A DNA stretch of 64,000 nucleotides from Carpediemonas membranifera BICM (taxonomy: Eukaryota > Protista > Fornicata). The position numbers and the translations under genes are program-made. The notes under the pieces are model-generated. The model was not told the origin of the DNA. It saw only the letters and a list, made by a program, of their open reading frames with translations, and searched no databases. Positions 33,301 through 41,977 of the stretch are shown in pieces (position 1 is the first letter of the stretch; every line of letters starts with the position of its first letter). The stretch is taken from contig JAHDYR010000011.1 in the NCBI GenBank assembly GCA_019828565.1, positions 421,314 to 485,313 on the forward strand. Direction: 5' to 3'.

Positions 33301-34658
33301 AGTAACTTCGCATCGAAGAGGGCCATCGTCTCGGAGTTGTTGGCGGAGATCATGATGTGTCCCGAGGGACGAGTTGCCGGGAATAGGTCCTTAGTCATAT
33401 CAGACCACTCACGCAGACGTAGGTAAGAAGCCTCACTGCACTGATCAGCAAGGGCGGGGAGGTGGGTCTCGTGACCATCGATCGTTATGACAACGTTGGC
33501 GGGCTGGCTATGAGTACCGATGGCGTTCGAATGGCCGCGCTCCGGAGGGTTCGGGTTCAGATAACACTTGTCAGTCGAGTGCTTACCCCACTTCTTGTGG
33601 AATGGACACCACACGAAGCCCTCGCCGGGACTGACCGACTTGTCAGTGAGATCAGCGATGACAGTGGACGAACCCTTAGCAGAGGTTTGACCAGTGGGTG
33701 CGACAACCTGAGTCTGGGCCGAGGAGGGACCAGTTTGATGAACCTCGGGCTTGGGCTTGACCGTGGGAACGAAGGGTTCAGGCTTCTTGGCAGAGGAACT
33801 GTCAGGCTTGACAGTCGACGATGTCTCAAACTCAATGAGTCGAGCGCGAGTATCCACAAGGACGCGAGCATCTTCGAGTCGTTCCTCGTTGGCGACCATG
33901 TCTGCCAGGATTTCATCGAAAGCAGACTTGCCTAAACGGGCAATCCGGGACCAATGGGCTTGTAGGGTCTTCGGCAAGGTGGCCTTGATAACAGAGGAGA
34001 GAGCCTTCTCGGAGTAGGAGTCTCGCATGCCTAGGATGCGGACGATGAGTGATACACGGTGCGCAAACTTCGCAAGGGCGATCGAGTTGGCGGTTGCTGA
34101 AGGCTTAGCGGCTTCCAAGAACTTGGAGAGCCAAGCCTCGACGATGAGATTGTCGTCGGGCAACACGGCCTGAGAGATAAGGGAATTCAGAGCTTCGTTC
34201 AGACTGTCCCGAGCTTGGGTGTAAGTGACCTCACTCTCCGGAGTGACGTAAGCCTCTTTGCCCTGGGCGAGCTTAAGGACGGCAGAGACCCTGGTGAATT
34301 GAGGCAGTAGGGAGATGGTCCCCAAATGAGGGAGCAACGAAGCGGCGATCGAAGCAACATTGGGATGCTTGATAAGGTGTGCGTCATAGTCGAGGATCAA
34401 GCGGAACCACCCTTCCTTCGAGGAGGGGAGAGCGCAATGGAAAATCTGGCGTTCGATCGATCCCGGCTTGAAGTCGCAGGGGAAGAGCTTAAAGATAGTC
34501 TCGAAAGACTCAAGGCATGAAGAATCAAGCGTGGAATCCGAATCAGGGACATCATGGGCACGAACATCGGGCTTCTTCGCGAGAGAACTCACGAGAGTGA
34601 CCAGATTACCTATAGTCTCTTCTAGTGCCGCTATACGAGCGTCATAATCGGACTGCAT
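30309..34658 (-). CDS. Gypsy gag-pol polyprotein (three homopolymer frameshifts near 32678, 31998, 30782)
   Basis: Knuckle CPFH..H..C; protease LADQCS; RT DLRSGYHQ, YVDD; RH TDASGYGLG; IN H..H..CGIC, IDAIGP, SDNG, AERANR; GPF; chromodomain YVVESVVSH..RWSGYEPEEDT. Confidence 0.93.
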
Positions 34659-34674
34659 AGCTCAAATTGATCAA

Positions 34675-34761
34675 TTTGGCGTATAAAGCGCTGTGGATGG
34701 TACTTCATTTAGATTAAATACACACACTAAATACACATCAACTGATTACGAAATCACAACA
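34675..34761 (-). repeat. 5' LTR (87 bp)
   Basis: Identical to 30238-30324. Confidence 0.97.
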
Positions 34762-35261
34762 CGCTCCGGGCCCGTTACCCGAGGTAACCTTACTGACGAT
34801 GTAGCGCCAGGAAGGCAGCGAGAACAGCGTCGGCATGGCTCCGTGTGTCTGGAGGCTCGGGTCCACTTCGCACAAATTTTTATTGCTCACCTGTATGTGG
34901 GATGTCGAAACCGCGAAAGTAACGTCTGGGAGGCGCACTCATTGTCTCTGAGGATCAGTACCGCCCGAAGAACGGGCCATCTATCACGCTACGCCCAAAC
35001 GGGCGCAGTTGTGAGAGGGTTAATCTACCGACTGAGCTAAAGGGACCCGTGTGACACAGTTGAGCAAAAACCGCACGCGGAAAATGGTTTTAACTCTAAC
35101 TAATAACTGTGACACGCCCACTGTGGTTTACATACGACTTTACCTTACCTTACGATACATGGCAATATGTTAGCTAGACCGCTATGCGCAGCATATGGCC
35201 TTGTATCTGCCCTGTTTGACCACCGCGTGATCGTATCGAACTGATGTTGTCCAGAAAACTC

Positions 35262-35612
35262 TCACTGTGAATCCTTAGGCTTAACATCATCGTCGTAAAC
35301 ACCAGCATTACCCGGTTCCTTGCTGGCAGGCAGCCTCTTTGGCCGTGCTGACGTAGTGGTGCTGCCAGACCTGCGGTTACCGCGTCCACGCTTAAGTTTG
35401 AGCTGTGTCAGAAATAAATTGACTATACATACCATAATCTTCTTCACAGCTGCATCATCGTCCTCTCTGCGCTTCGCATCAGCTTCAGTTCGAGCTTTGC
35501 TCTGAATCGCGACCCAGACGCGATCAGTGTCCGTCAAATTGTCATTAATATCAGAACTAGCGCCAGTATGCTGCTCAACAGTCACTGTATTCTCTCCGCT
35601 CTTCTTTTCCAT
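35262..35612 (-). CDS. Small hypothetical protein
   Basis: 116-aa ATG-initiated ORF divergent from the ankyrin kinase; no motif. Confidence 0.35.
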   Translation of the reverse strand: MEKKSGENTVTVEQHTGASSDINDNLTDTDRVWVAIQSKARTEADAKRREDDDAAVKKIMVCIVNLFLTQLKLKRGRGNRRSGSTTTSARPKRLPASKEPGNAGVYDDDVKPKDSQ

Positions 35613-35811
35613 GGCGGATCTTGGTATTCATGCGCAGATCTGACAAATCATTTTTTGTTGCTTTATCGTGCCAGCCGAGAACCTTTCAGTGATGTGTCTG
35701 GCATAGCCGGGGAAGATGGCGCGAGTCCAGCACGATATTGCACGAAATCGAATTTAGATTCGACACAGAAGAACAACCTTGGGACCAAGGCAGGAGGCTG
35801 TATTATTGACC

Positions 35812-38800
35812 ATGCCAGAACATATTCAGCCCAACGTTGCAAGGCCAGTTGGTGATGGCGTTCGTTATGATCTGATGACTGCTATCGTCGACAAAAGCAT
35901 TGAACGAATGCGTTGCGCTCTTCTCGCCGGTGCTGACGTGAATGCGAGTGATGCACTTGGCAACACTCCCTTAACATACGCTGTTGCCGTCGGCAGCGTG
36001 GACTCCGTTGGCTTCCTCATCCACAAAGGAGCATCGCTTGACCTCGCTGACCGGATGGGAAACACCCCGTTGCTCGTAGCGTGCCACAGAGGGTACGCAG
36101 ACATCGCATGCGCCCTGGTCAAGCTGGGCGCGGACATCAATAAGTGCCAGACGGGAACTCGGCAGTCCCCTCTAGTCGTCGCGGCCAAGCGTCTCGACAC
36201 GTCGCTCACCAAGGCCCTCTGTGGGTTCGAGCACGTCACTATTGACACCAGGAATGACTCTGGCCGTACGCCGCTCCTCATCGCCGCCGCTTCAGGCCAC
36301 GCCGTTCTCCTCGAAACGCTTCTCGACGCCGGCGCTGACGCCAACTCCAGAGACAGCCAAGGCCTCACCCCCCTCGCCGCAGCCACCTCTAGCGGCAGCG
36401 TGGAGGCTGTACACGTCCTCCTGGCGCACGGGGCCGATCCATCTCTCCGAGCGACCACCGGCGACTCGCCCCTCCTCACTGCTGTCGTCCGATCACTTGG
36501 TGACATAGCCGTCGAGCTGCTCAAATGCGGGGCAAGCCCCGAGGATGTCCGACCCAACGGGATGACAGTGCTGTACTTGGCAGCTGAGCGTGGTCTTGTT
36601 GAGGTAGTCCGGACTCTCCTCCACAAGCGCGCGTCAGCCGACAGGAAGGGGATCATGGGCCGTACCGCACTACACATAGCCGCGGGCAAGGGCCTCAGAC
36701 TTGTATGCCAAGCCCTGGTGGCAGGCGGCGCCTCTGTTTCCATCGGAGACGACCAAGGCGACTCTCCCCTCCGTTTTGCCGTTAGGGCGAAGCAGCTTGA
36801 CGTTGTTGACATGCTGCTGGACGCCGGGAGTGACGTGAACATGCCGAACCAGGCCGGGCTCAATGCGCTACACACAGCCGCGGCGGCTGGAGACATCGAC
36901 TGTTGCCGACTCCTGCTCGACCGAGGGGCGGACGTCTTTTCCCTCACAGCTGAGGGGAAGGCGCCCCTGCACACGGCTGTCGAGGGTGCCAGTGCCGCTG
37001 TACTTGATCTACTGCTCGCCATGAGCCCTAGGGTAGACCAGAGGGACCATGCGGGTTGCACTGCGCTGTGGTCAGCCGCGGCTGCAGGGAACGTCGCCGC
37101 CGTGCGTGCGCTGGCAGCAGTGGGCGCGGACATTAACGCTGTAGGCGGTGGTAAGACGCCGCTGGCTATTGCAGCAGATAAGGGGCGCGTGGAAGTTGTC
37201 GAGACACTGTGCTCAATAGACGGTGTTCAGCTGGACACAAAGGACGACAAAGGCGACACACCATTGCTGCTGGCCGTTGCTGCGGACCATGAGGCAATGA
37301 CGGCAATCCTCCTCGACGCCGGGGCCGACGCATCTGCTGTTCGGGAGTCCACACAGCAGACAGCCCTGCATATGGCCGTTGAGGCGTGTAACAGCGCCAT
37401 TGTAGCCCTCCTACTCGACCACGGAGCCCCTGTGGACGCCATGGACGGGGCTGGCAGGACCCCACTCTTCCTGGCCGCCGGCAGGGGTCCAGACAGCATA
37501 GTAGAGGCGCTGCTGGGCGCTGGGGCTGACCCAGACCTGAGCAGACCGAACACCCTTCGCACTCCACTGATGTGTGCAGCTATCGAGGGCAGGAGCTCCG
37601 TGGTGAAGCTCATGGCAGACGCTGGGGCCGACCTCGAGGCTGTGGATAAGGGAGGGGACAACGCGGCCATCATGGCAACTATCAACGAGCACGCCAGCTC
37701 AGTAGCCGCCCTGCTCGAGGCTGGGGCGCAGGTGAACGTCAAGAGAGCCAACGGAACACCGCTGATCCTGATAGCTGCACAGAAGGGCGAGACCGACCTG
37801 CTGAAGCTGATGATCAAACGGCCAGGCACCCAGACGGACCTGGCAGGACCCGCGGGCAACACAGCGCTGCTGGCCGCCAGCCGCAGGGGCGATGTCGACG
37901 CCGTACACGTGCTGATTCTCAACGGAGCCAACCTCAACGCCAAGCGGGTCGACAACGGTTTGACTCCCATCCTGGTGGCCGCGTTACAGGGCCACACGAC
38001 CGTACTCACAACCCTGCTGGCGTTCGGCGCGGACATTGGCTCGAGAGACGACGAGGGTGATACTGCGCTAATCTGCGCGGCTCTCAACGGGCACACCGAG
38101 ACTGCACGGTTCCTGATCCAGTCAGGGGCCGAGCTGGACGCCCGCAGGTCCCATGACGGCGCCACCGCCCTGTTTATCGCGGTCAACGACCAGAACACGG
38201 TGCTGGTGCAGCTTTTGGTCGAGTCTGGCGCTGATATGTCGCTCGAGAACACAGCAGGAGCCGAGCCCCTGACTCCACTACAACTGGCCCACGCACTGAA
38301 GGCCAGAGGCATCGTGAAGCTCCTGAAGAGTTCAAAGAGTCTGAGGAAGAAGGCGAGCGCCCTCTCTGGCCGTGCAACGCAGTACAGAGAGCGGCTGTTC
38401 AGCGCCATAGCGAACGAGGACACCAAGGACCTCGCCCTGCTCCTCAAGAAGGGTGCCGACCCCAACATTTACGGGTCCGGCTGTGTGCCCGCGGTCATCA
38501 TGGCCGCCAGGACCGACAACGAGGCCCTGGTGACTCTGCTGCTCGACAGCGGGGCCAACGCTATGGCGGATGACCCAGATCGCCGGACTCTGCTGCACCA
38601 CGCGACACAGCGGGGCATGACGACCACGGTGCTGCGTTTGGCGGCCAGTCTGAATACAGTGGACGTCCCTGACGCCGAGGGGACGACTCCACTGATGCTC
38701 TCAGCAATACACGGCCAGCACACAGCGATGGCCGCGCTGCTTGACGCAGGGGCGCTCGTTAACCTCCAGGACGTCCGCGGGATGACTGCATTGATGTACG

Positions 38801-39795
38801 CGGCGCAGCACGGCTGGACCCGATGTGCAGCCCACCTGGAGCACACCGGGGCCAACAGCAGACTCAAGAACGCCGCTGGGTTGACCGCAGTGGAGATTGC
38901 TACTAATGCCGGCCACACGGGGGTGGTCACGACGCTCACCCCAGCACTGGACGAAGGCATTGCCCCCACCTTGGCTAGGGCCGCCCAGGAGACCGCAGAC
39001 GACGGTGACGGCGAGATTAGCGAGTTCGATGTCGAGCTGGGCGATATGATCGGTGCTGGGCCGAGCGGCGAGGTGTACCGCGCCACCGTCAAGGGCGAGG
39101 AGCGCGCCGCCAAGTCTGTCCCGACTGGGCACTATAGCGACGCTAGGAAGGGCGCGTTGGTGCGTCATATCCAGAGCATGGTCAGATTACAACATGAGAA
39201 TCTAGTCCGTATCTATGGATATGTTCGGACCGTCGGGTCCATTCTGATCATCATGGAGCTTGGCGATGAGGATCTTGGACACCTATTGGATAAGGACACT
39301 CCTTGGAACACCCGGTGGCAAGCAGCGTCGGATGTAGCAGCGGGCATGGCTCACTTGAACAGCCTGGGCCTTGACCATGGTGACCTTAAGTCGACCAATG
39401 TTATAAGATTCGGGACCCGTTTCAAGGTTAGTGACACCGGTTTTGGTCGGACACGCGGCCTCGACCCTCGCTGTCCCGAGATGCCGATGACGCCCTCGTT
39501 CTCCGGGCCCGAGAGGTTTGAGTGGGAGTTTGTTGCGATGAAGAGCGATGTGTACTCTTACGGCATGGTCCTGACCCACTTGGCCACGGGTGTAGTGCCC
39601 TTTGCAGGAGCCGTGGACGTGTTCACCGTGATCCGGGCCGTACTGGGAGGAGACCGGCCGGTTGTTGATGTAGACGCCCCCACGCCCCTAGTGGACCTAA
39701 TAGAGCGGTGCTGCGTCGTAGACCCCGCCACCAGGCCCGACTTTGCCTCAGTGTGCCACGAGCTGGAGGACATGCCAGACATGGGCTCCATGTGA
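35812..39795 (+). CDS. Ankyrin-repeat protein with C-terminal TKL-type kinase
   Basis: >20 GxTPLxxA repeats; IGAGPSGEVY, HGDLKSTN, SDTG, KSDVYSYG, RPDF. Confidence 0.93.
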   Translation: MPEHIQPNVARPVGDGVRYDLMTAIVDKSIERMRCALLAGADVNASDALGNTPLTYAVAVGSVDSVGFLIHKGASLDLADRMGNTPLLVACHRGYADIACALVKLGADINKCQTGTRQSPLVVAAKRLDTSLTKALCGFEHVTIDTRNDSGRTPLLIAAASGHAVLLETLLDAGADANSRDSQGLTPLAAATSSGSVEAVHVLLAHGADPSLRATTGDSPLLTAVVRSLGDIAVELLKCGASPEDVRPNGMTVLYLAAERGLVEVVRTLLHKRASADRKGIMGRTALHIAAGKGLRLVCQALVAGGASVSIGDDQGDSPLRFAVRAKQLDVVDMLLDAGSDVNMPNQAGLNALHTAAAAGDIDCCRLLLDRGADVFSLTAEGKAPLHTAVEGASAAVLDLLLAMSPRVDQRDHAGCTALWSAAAAGNVAAVRALAAVGADINAVGGGKTPLAIAADKGRVEVVETLCSIDGVQLDTKDDKGDTPLLLAVAADHEAMTAILLDAGADASAVRESTQQTALHMAVEACNSAIVALLLDHGAPVDAMDGAGRTPLFLAAGRGPDSIVEALLGAGADPDLSRPNTLRTPLMCAAIEGRSSVVKLMADAGADLEAVDKGGDNAAIMATINEHASSVAALLEAGAQVNVKRANGTPLILIAAQKGETDLLKLMIKRPGTQTDLAGPAGNTALLAASRRGDVDAVHVLILNGANLNAKRVDNGLTPILVAALQGHTTVLTTLLAFGADIGSRDDEGDTALICAALNGHTETARFLIQSGAELDARRSHDGATALFIAVNDQNTVLVQLLVESGADMSLENTAGAEPLTPLQLAHALKARGIVKLLKSSKSLRKKASALSGRATQYRERLFSAIANEDTKDLALLLKKGADPNIYGSGCVPAVIMAARTDNEALVTLLLDSGANAMADDPDRRTLLHHATQRGMTTTVLRLAASLNTVDVPDAEGTTPLMLSAIHGQHTAMAALLDAGALVNLQDVRGMTALMYAAQHGWTRCAAHLEHTGANSRLKNAAGLTAVEIATNAGHTGVVTTLTPALDEGIAPTLARAAQETADDGDGEISEFDVELGDMIGAGPSGEVYRATVKGEERAAKSVPTGHYSDARKGALVRHIQSMVRLQHENLVRIYGYVRTVGSILIIMELGDEDLGHLLDKDTPWNTRWQAASDVAAGMAHLNSLGLDHGDLKSTNVIRFGTRFKVSDTGFGRTRGLDPRCPEMPMTPSFSGPERFEWEFVAMKSDVYSYGMVLTHLATGVVPFAGAVDVFTVIRAVLGGDRPVVDVDAPTPLVDLIERCCVVDPATRPDFASVCHELEDMPDMGSM

Positions 39796-39834
39796 AGGGG
39801 GAGACATTGATGATAAACGGAGCCTCTAGGTTTA

Positions 39835-40323
39835 CTACTCCTTGCGCATCACCCTTGTCGCTGTAAGCGGCTCTTCGCCGTCCATTTCGACGCTGAACTT
39901 TTGCATGAGGAGGGTCACGTCGCCGTCCTTCTCGAGGGTACGGTGAATTGTCATCGTTCCCTCGCGGTTCTTATCCTTGCGGTGCACGACCTTGTTGACC
40001 TGCGTGAGGGTCTTCTCATCAGAGAAGAACACGGCAACATCAGCCGAGCTCCCGTCCATTTGCTTCACAGCCTTGACGAAGGAGTCGGGGTCCAATGTGA
40101 AGGTTGTATCGTTGCCAACACCAACAGAAGGCTTCGCTATGATGCGAATGGTGCCTTCTTTCTGCTCATACACGTACCTGGAACTCAGCTTGTCCGAGAT
40201 CTTTGCTTTCCACCCGGAAACACCGAGGGCAACGAAAAGAGGACCGAGCTTCTCACTACGCTTCGTGTCAGAAACGTAGGTACCGCTGAAGTCAACAGAA
40301 GGGACTACGTTGTTTGCAACCAT
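39835..40323 (-). CDS. Lipocalin/fatty-acid-binding-protein-like
   Basis: DFSGTYV..SEKLGPLFVALGV resembles the FABP N-terminal motif; beta-rich with C-terminal ATRVMRK. Confidence 0.65.
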   Translation of the reverse strand: MVANNVVPSVDFSGTYVSDTKRSEKLGPLFVALGVSGWKAKISDKLSSRYVYEQKEGTIRIIAKPSVGVGNDTTFTLDPDSFVKAVKQMDGSSADVAVFFSDEKTLTQVNKVVHRKDKNREGTMTIHRTLEKDGDVTLLMQKFSVEMDGEEPLTATRVMRKE

Positions 40324-40485
40324 GTTGGGATTGTGCCGTGTTGTGCCACAGTCGCATCGAGTCGACATGCAATTCCGGATGGGATGCTGTATGGGACTAG
40401 CAGGTGTGGTTCTGCGGTCATATGTCTTGTTCCGCCCATGCGCGTTGTTCCCGTTGCTTCACAGCCAAGCTTTCAAAATCCATTT

Positions 40486-41799
40486 TTAAAAGCCACGATA
40501 CGCGCCTTCAACTCCACCTGGGCTTGCAGGCCCCTCGCTGTTACTCACCACATTGTTCGCTGCCGTCACTTCCTTGGGCACGGCAAAGCCTAGCAGATGG
40601 TTCACATCAACCACAGGGTACTTCTGCAGCATCGTAATGGTCTCGCTATATCCACACTGAAGAAGATCATCCTCGACAAACCCGATCATCGTCACGCACA
40701 CAGCCTGCAGACGGTCCATAACTCCGTCAGGACCGTTGACCCGGCCGCCAAGAACGGTATCCCATACCCGGACGGCGTCGGGAAGCTCGAACTCGCCCGC
40801 AAGAAGGAGTGTGAACCAACGGATGGCGAAAAAGTCCGCGGGGATGCCAAGGGACGAAAGGTGCTTGTGGCAGGCGGGGTAGCGGGCTTCTATTCCCTTC
40901 ATGAGACGGGACATGTGGCCTCGTATGCCAATGACGTCTCCGTCGAGCCCGACGGTGTAGATGTCTCCAACAGCACTCATGAGATTGACAAAGCACCAAA
41001 AGGCGTCAGCCTCAGCGTACTGGCGCTCTTCAGGCTCGCACTCTGTGTAGAAGACGTAGTAGATCATCGACACCAGCTCGTTCAGTCCCTGGACATATTG
41101 GATGGCTGTGTTCAGACGGGCAAAGAGCATGAGCATCCGGACGAGCGCCGCGTGGTGCTGAGACACCTGTGGCTTGTCCAGAATGCCCCCGAATGTCCCA
41201 TTAGCGAGCCTATCGAAGTCGGTGAGGAGGCCGTTGAGTCGGGCCCGGTTCCTCTCTGGTGGGTTGAAGATCGTTCCCTTTTCGGAGTTGTTAGTCAATG
41301 ATGAGAACTTGATAGCGGGGGACTTATCCCCGACGTTGCTCTGGTAAGAACCGATGTCCTTCTGCGTCACACCGAACTTGGCAAGGTATTCTGGGTCGCA
41401 GCGGAAAAACTGCACCATCGGGTGTGTCCTGCGCACGTCCTTGTCGATCTCGATCAGGAGCTTGGCGTTCTTCTGGTACTCAGCCCATGCGCTGTCTGAT
41501 GGGCCCTTGTCGTTGATTGGCTCATCCGAGAGAGGGTCCACGCATACGTCCTCCGTGGACTTGCGGACTTTGATGAAGAACTGGTGGACGTATGTGTCGT
41601 AGAGGTCTCTCATATCTTTCAATGTGCTCTCCCACAGCTTTCTGTCCGTGGGTAGGTAGCCAAGCATCAGTTTCCAGTATATTGGGCGTAAGCGAAGCCC
41701 GTCGGGGACGCCGAAGTTGGCAAGGCGTGATATTTCCCTCAGATCTATGTTTTCACTTTCTAACGCCACTGAAAATGGCGCGGTGCGCTCATTTCGCAT
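40486..41799 (-). CDS. TBC-domain Rab GAP (TBC1D13-like)
   Basis: LRPIYWKLMLGYLP, IDKDVRRT, YVQGLNE, EADAFWCF, RWFTLLL, VWD. Confidence 0.93.
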   Translation of the reverse strand: MRNERTAPFSVALESENIDLREISRLANFGVPDGLRLRPIYWKLMLGYLPTDRKLWESTLKDMRDLYDTYVHQFFIKVRKSTEDVCVDPLSDEPINDKGPSDSAWAEYQKNAKLLIEIDKDVRRTHPMVQFFRCDPEYLAKFGVTQKDIGSYQSNVGDKSPAIKFSSLTNNSEKGTIFNPPERNRARLNGLLTDFDRLANGTFGGILDKPQVSQHHAALVRMLMLFARLNTAIQYVQGLNELVSMIYYVFYTECEPEERQYAEADAFWCFVNLMSAVGDIYTVGLDGDVIGIRGHMSRLMKGIEARYPACHKHLSSLGIPADFFAIRWFTLLLAGEFELPDAVRVWDTVLGGRVNGPDGVMDRLQAVCVTMIGFVEDDLLQCGYSETITMLQKYPVVDVNHLLGFAVPKEVTAANNVVSNSEGPASPGGVEGAYRGF

Positions 41800-41977
41800 G
41801 GCTGAGTTCGGAGGTCACGCAGGTTTAGACATGAGATCATATATCGAGCATTGGTGAAAGTAAGGTGCAGGGACGCAGTATGAAGGCCACGAAGGGCCGC
41901 AGGGTGCCATGCGGTGAATCAAGTCGGCTTATCCTGCGTAAAAATTTCTGCGTTTTTAAGAGCGAAACGAACCCCGA

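Larger units (their letters stand above)
30238..34761 (-). mobile_element. Ty3/Gypsy chromodomain LTR retrotransposon, 4524 bp
   Basis: Identical 87-bp LTRs; TSD CGCTC at 30233-30237 and 34762-34766; PPT GGAGAAGACGGAGG (30325-30338); domain order gag-PR-RT-RH-IN-chromo. Confidence 0.97.
18991..34900 (-). mobile_element. DIRS-type tyrosine-recombinase retrotransposon, interrupted by LINE-A, LINE-B and Gypsy (native segments 18991-20629, 28851-30237, 34767 onward; 5' boundary not determined)
   Basis: gag-like ORF, RT (YLDD), RNase H, methyltransferase-like domain and overlapping YR frame. The RT reading frame rejoins (EYLGVT|INTAAETL) when 20630-28865 is removed. Confidence 0.88.

Noticed and set aside
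30309-34658. Gypsy and LINE frameshifts as programmed frameshifting or proof of inactivation
   Set aside because: They fall within conserved domains at homopolymer runs (T4, T5, C5, G5), consistent with sequencing indels; reads are needed to decide.
34900-34980. GAAA and CTGAGGA motifs suggesting a hammerhead ribozyme
   Set aside because: Stems I-III cannot be formed convincingly around the core.
35055-35072. CACAGT..GCAAAAACC resembling an RSS heptamer/nonamer
   Set aside because: The spacer is only ~2-3 bp, not 12 or 23, and it lies 24 kb from the transposase.
35865-39113. Long antisense ORFs over the ankyrin kinase and other GC-rich genes
   Set aside because: Shadow frames caused by codon bias; no motifs.
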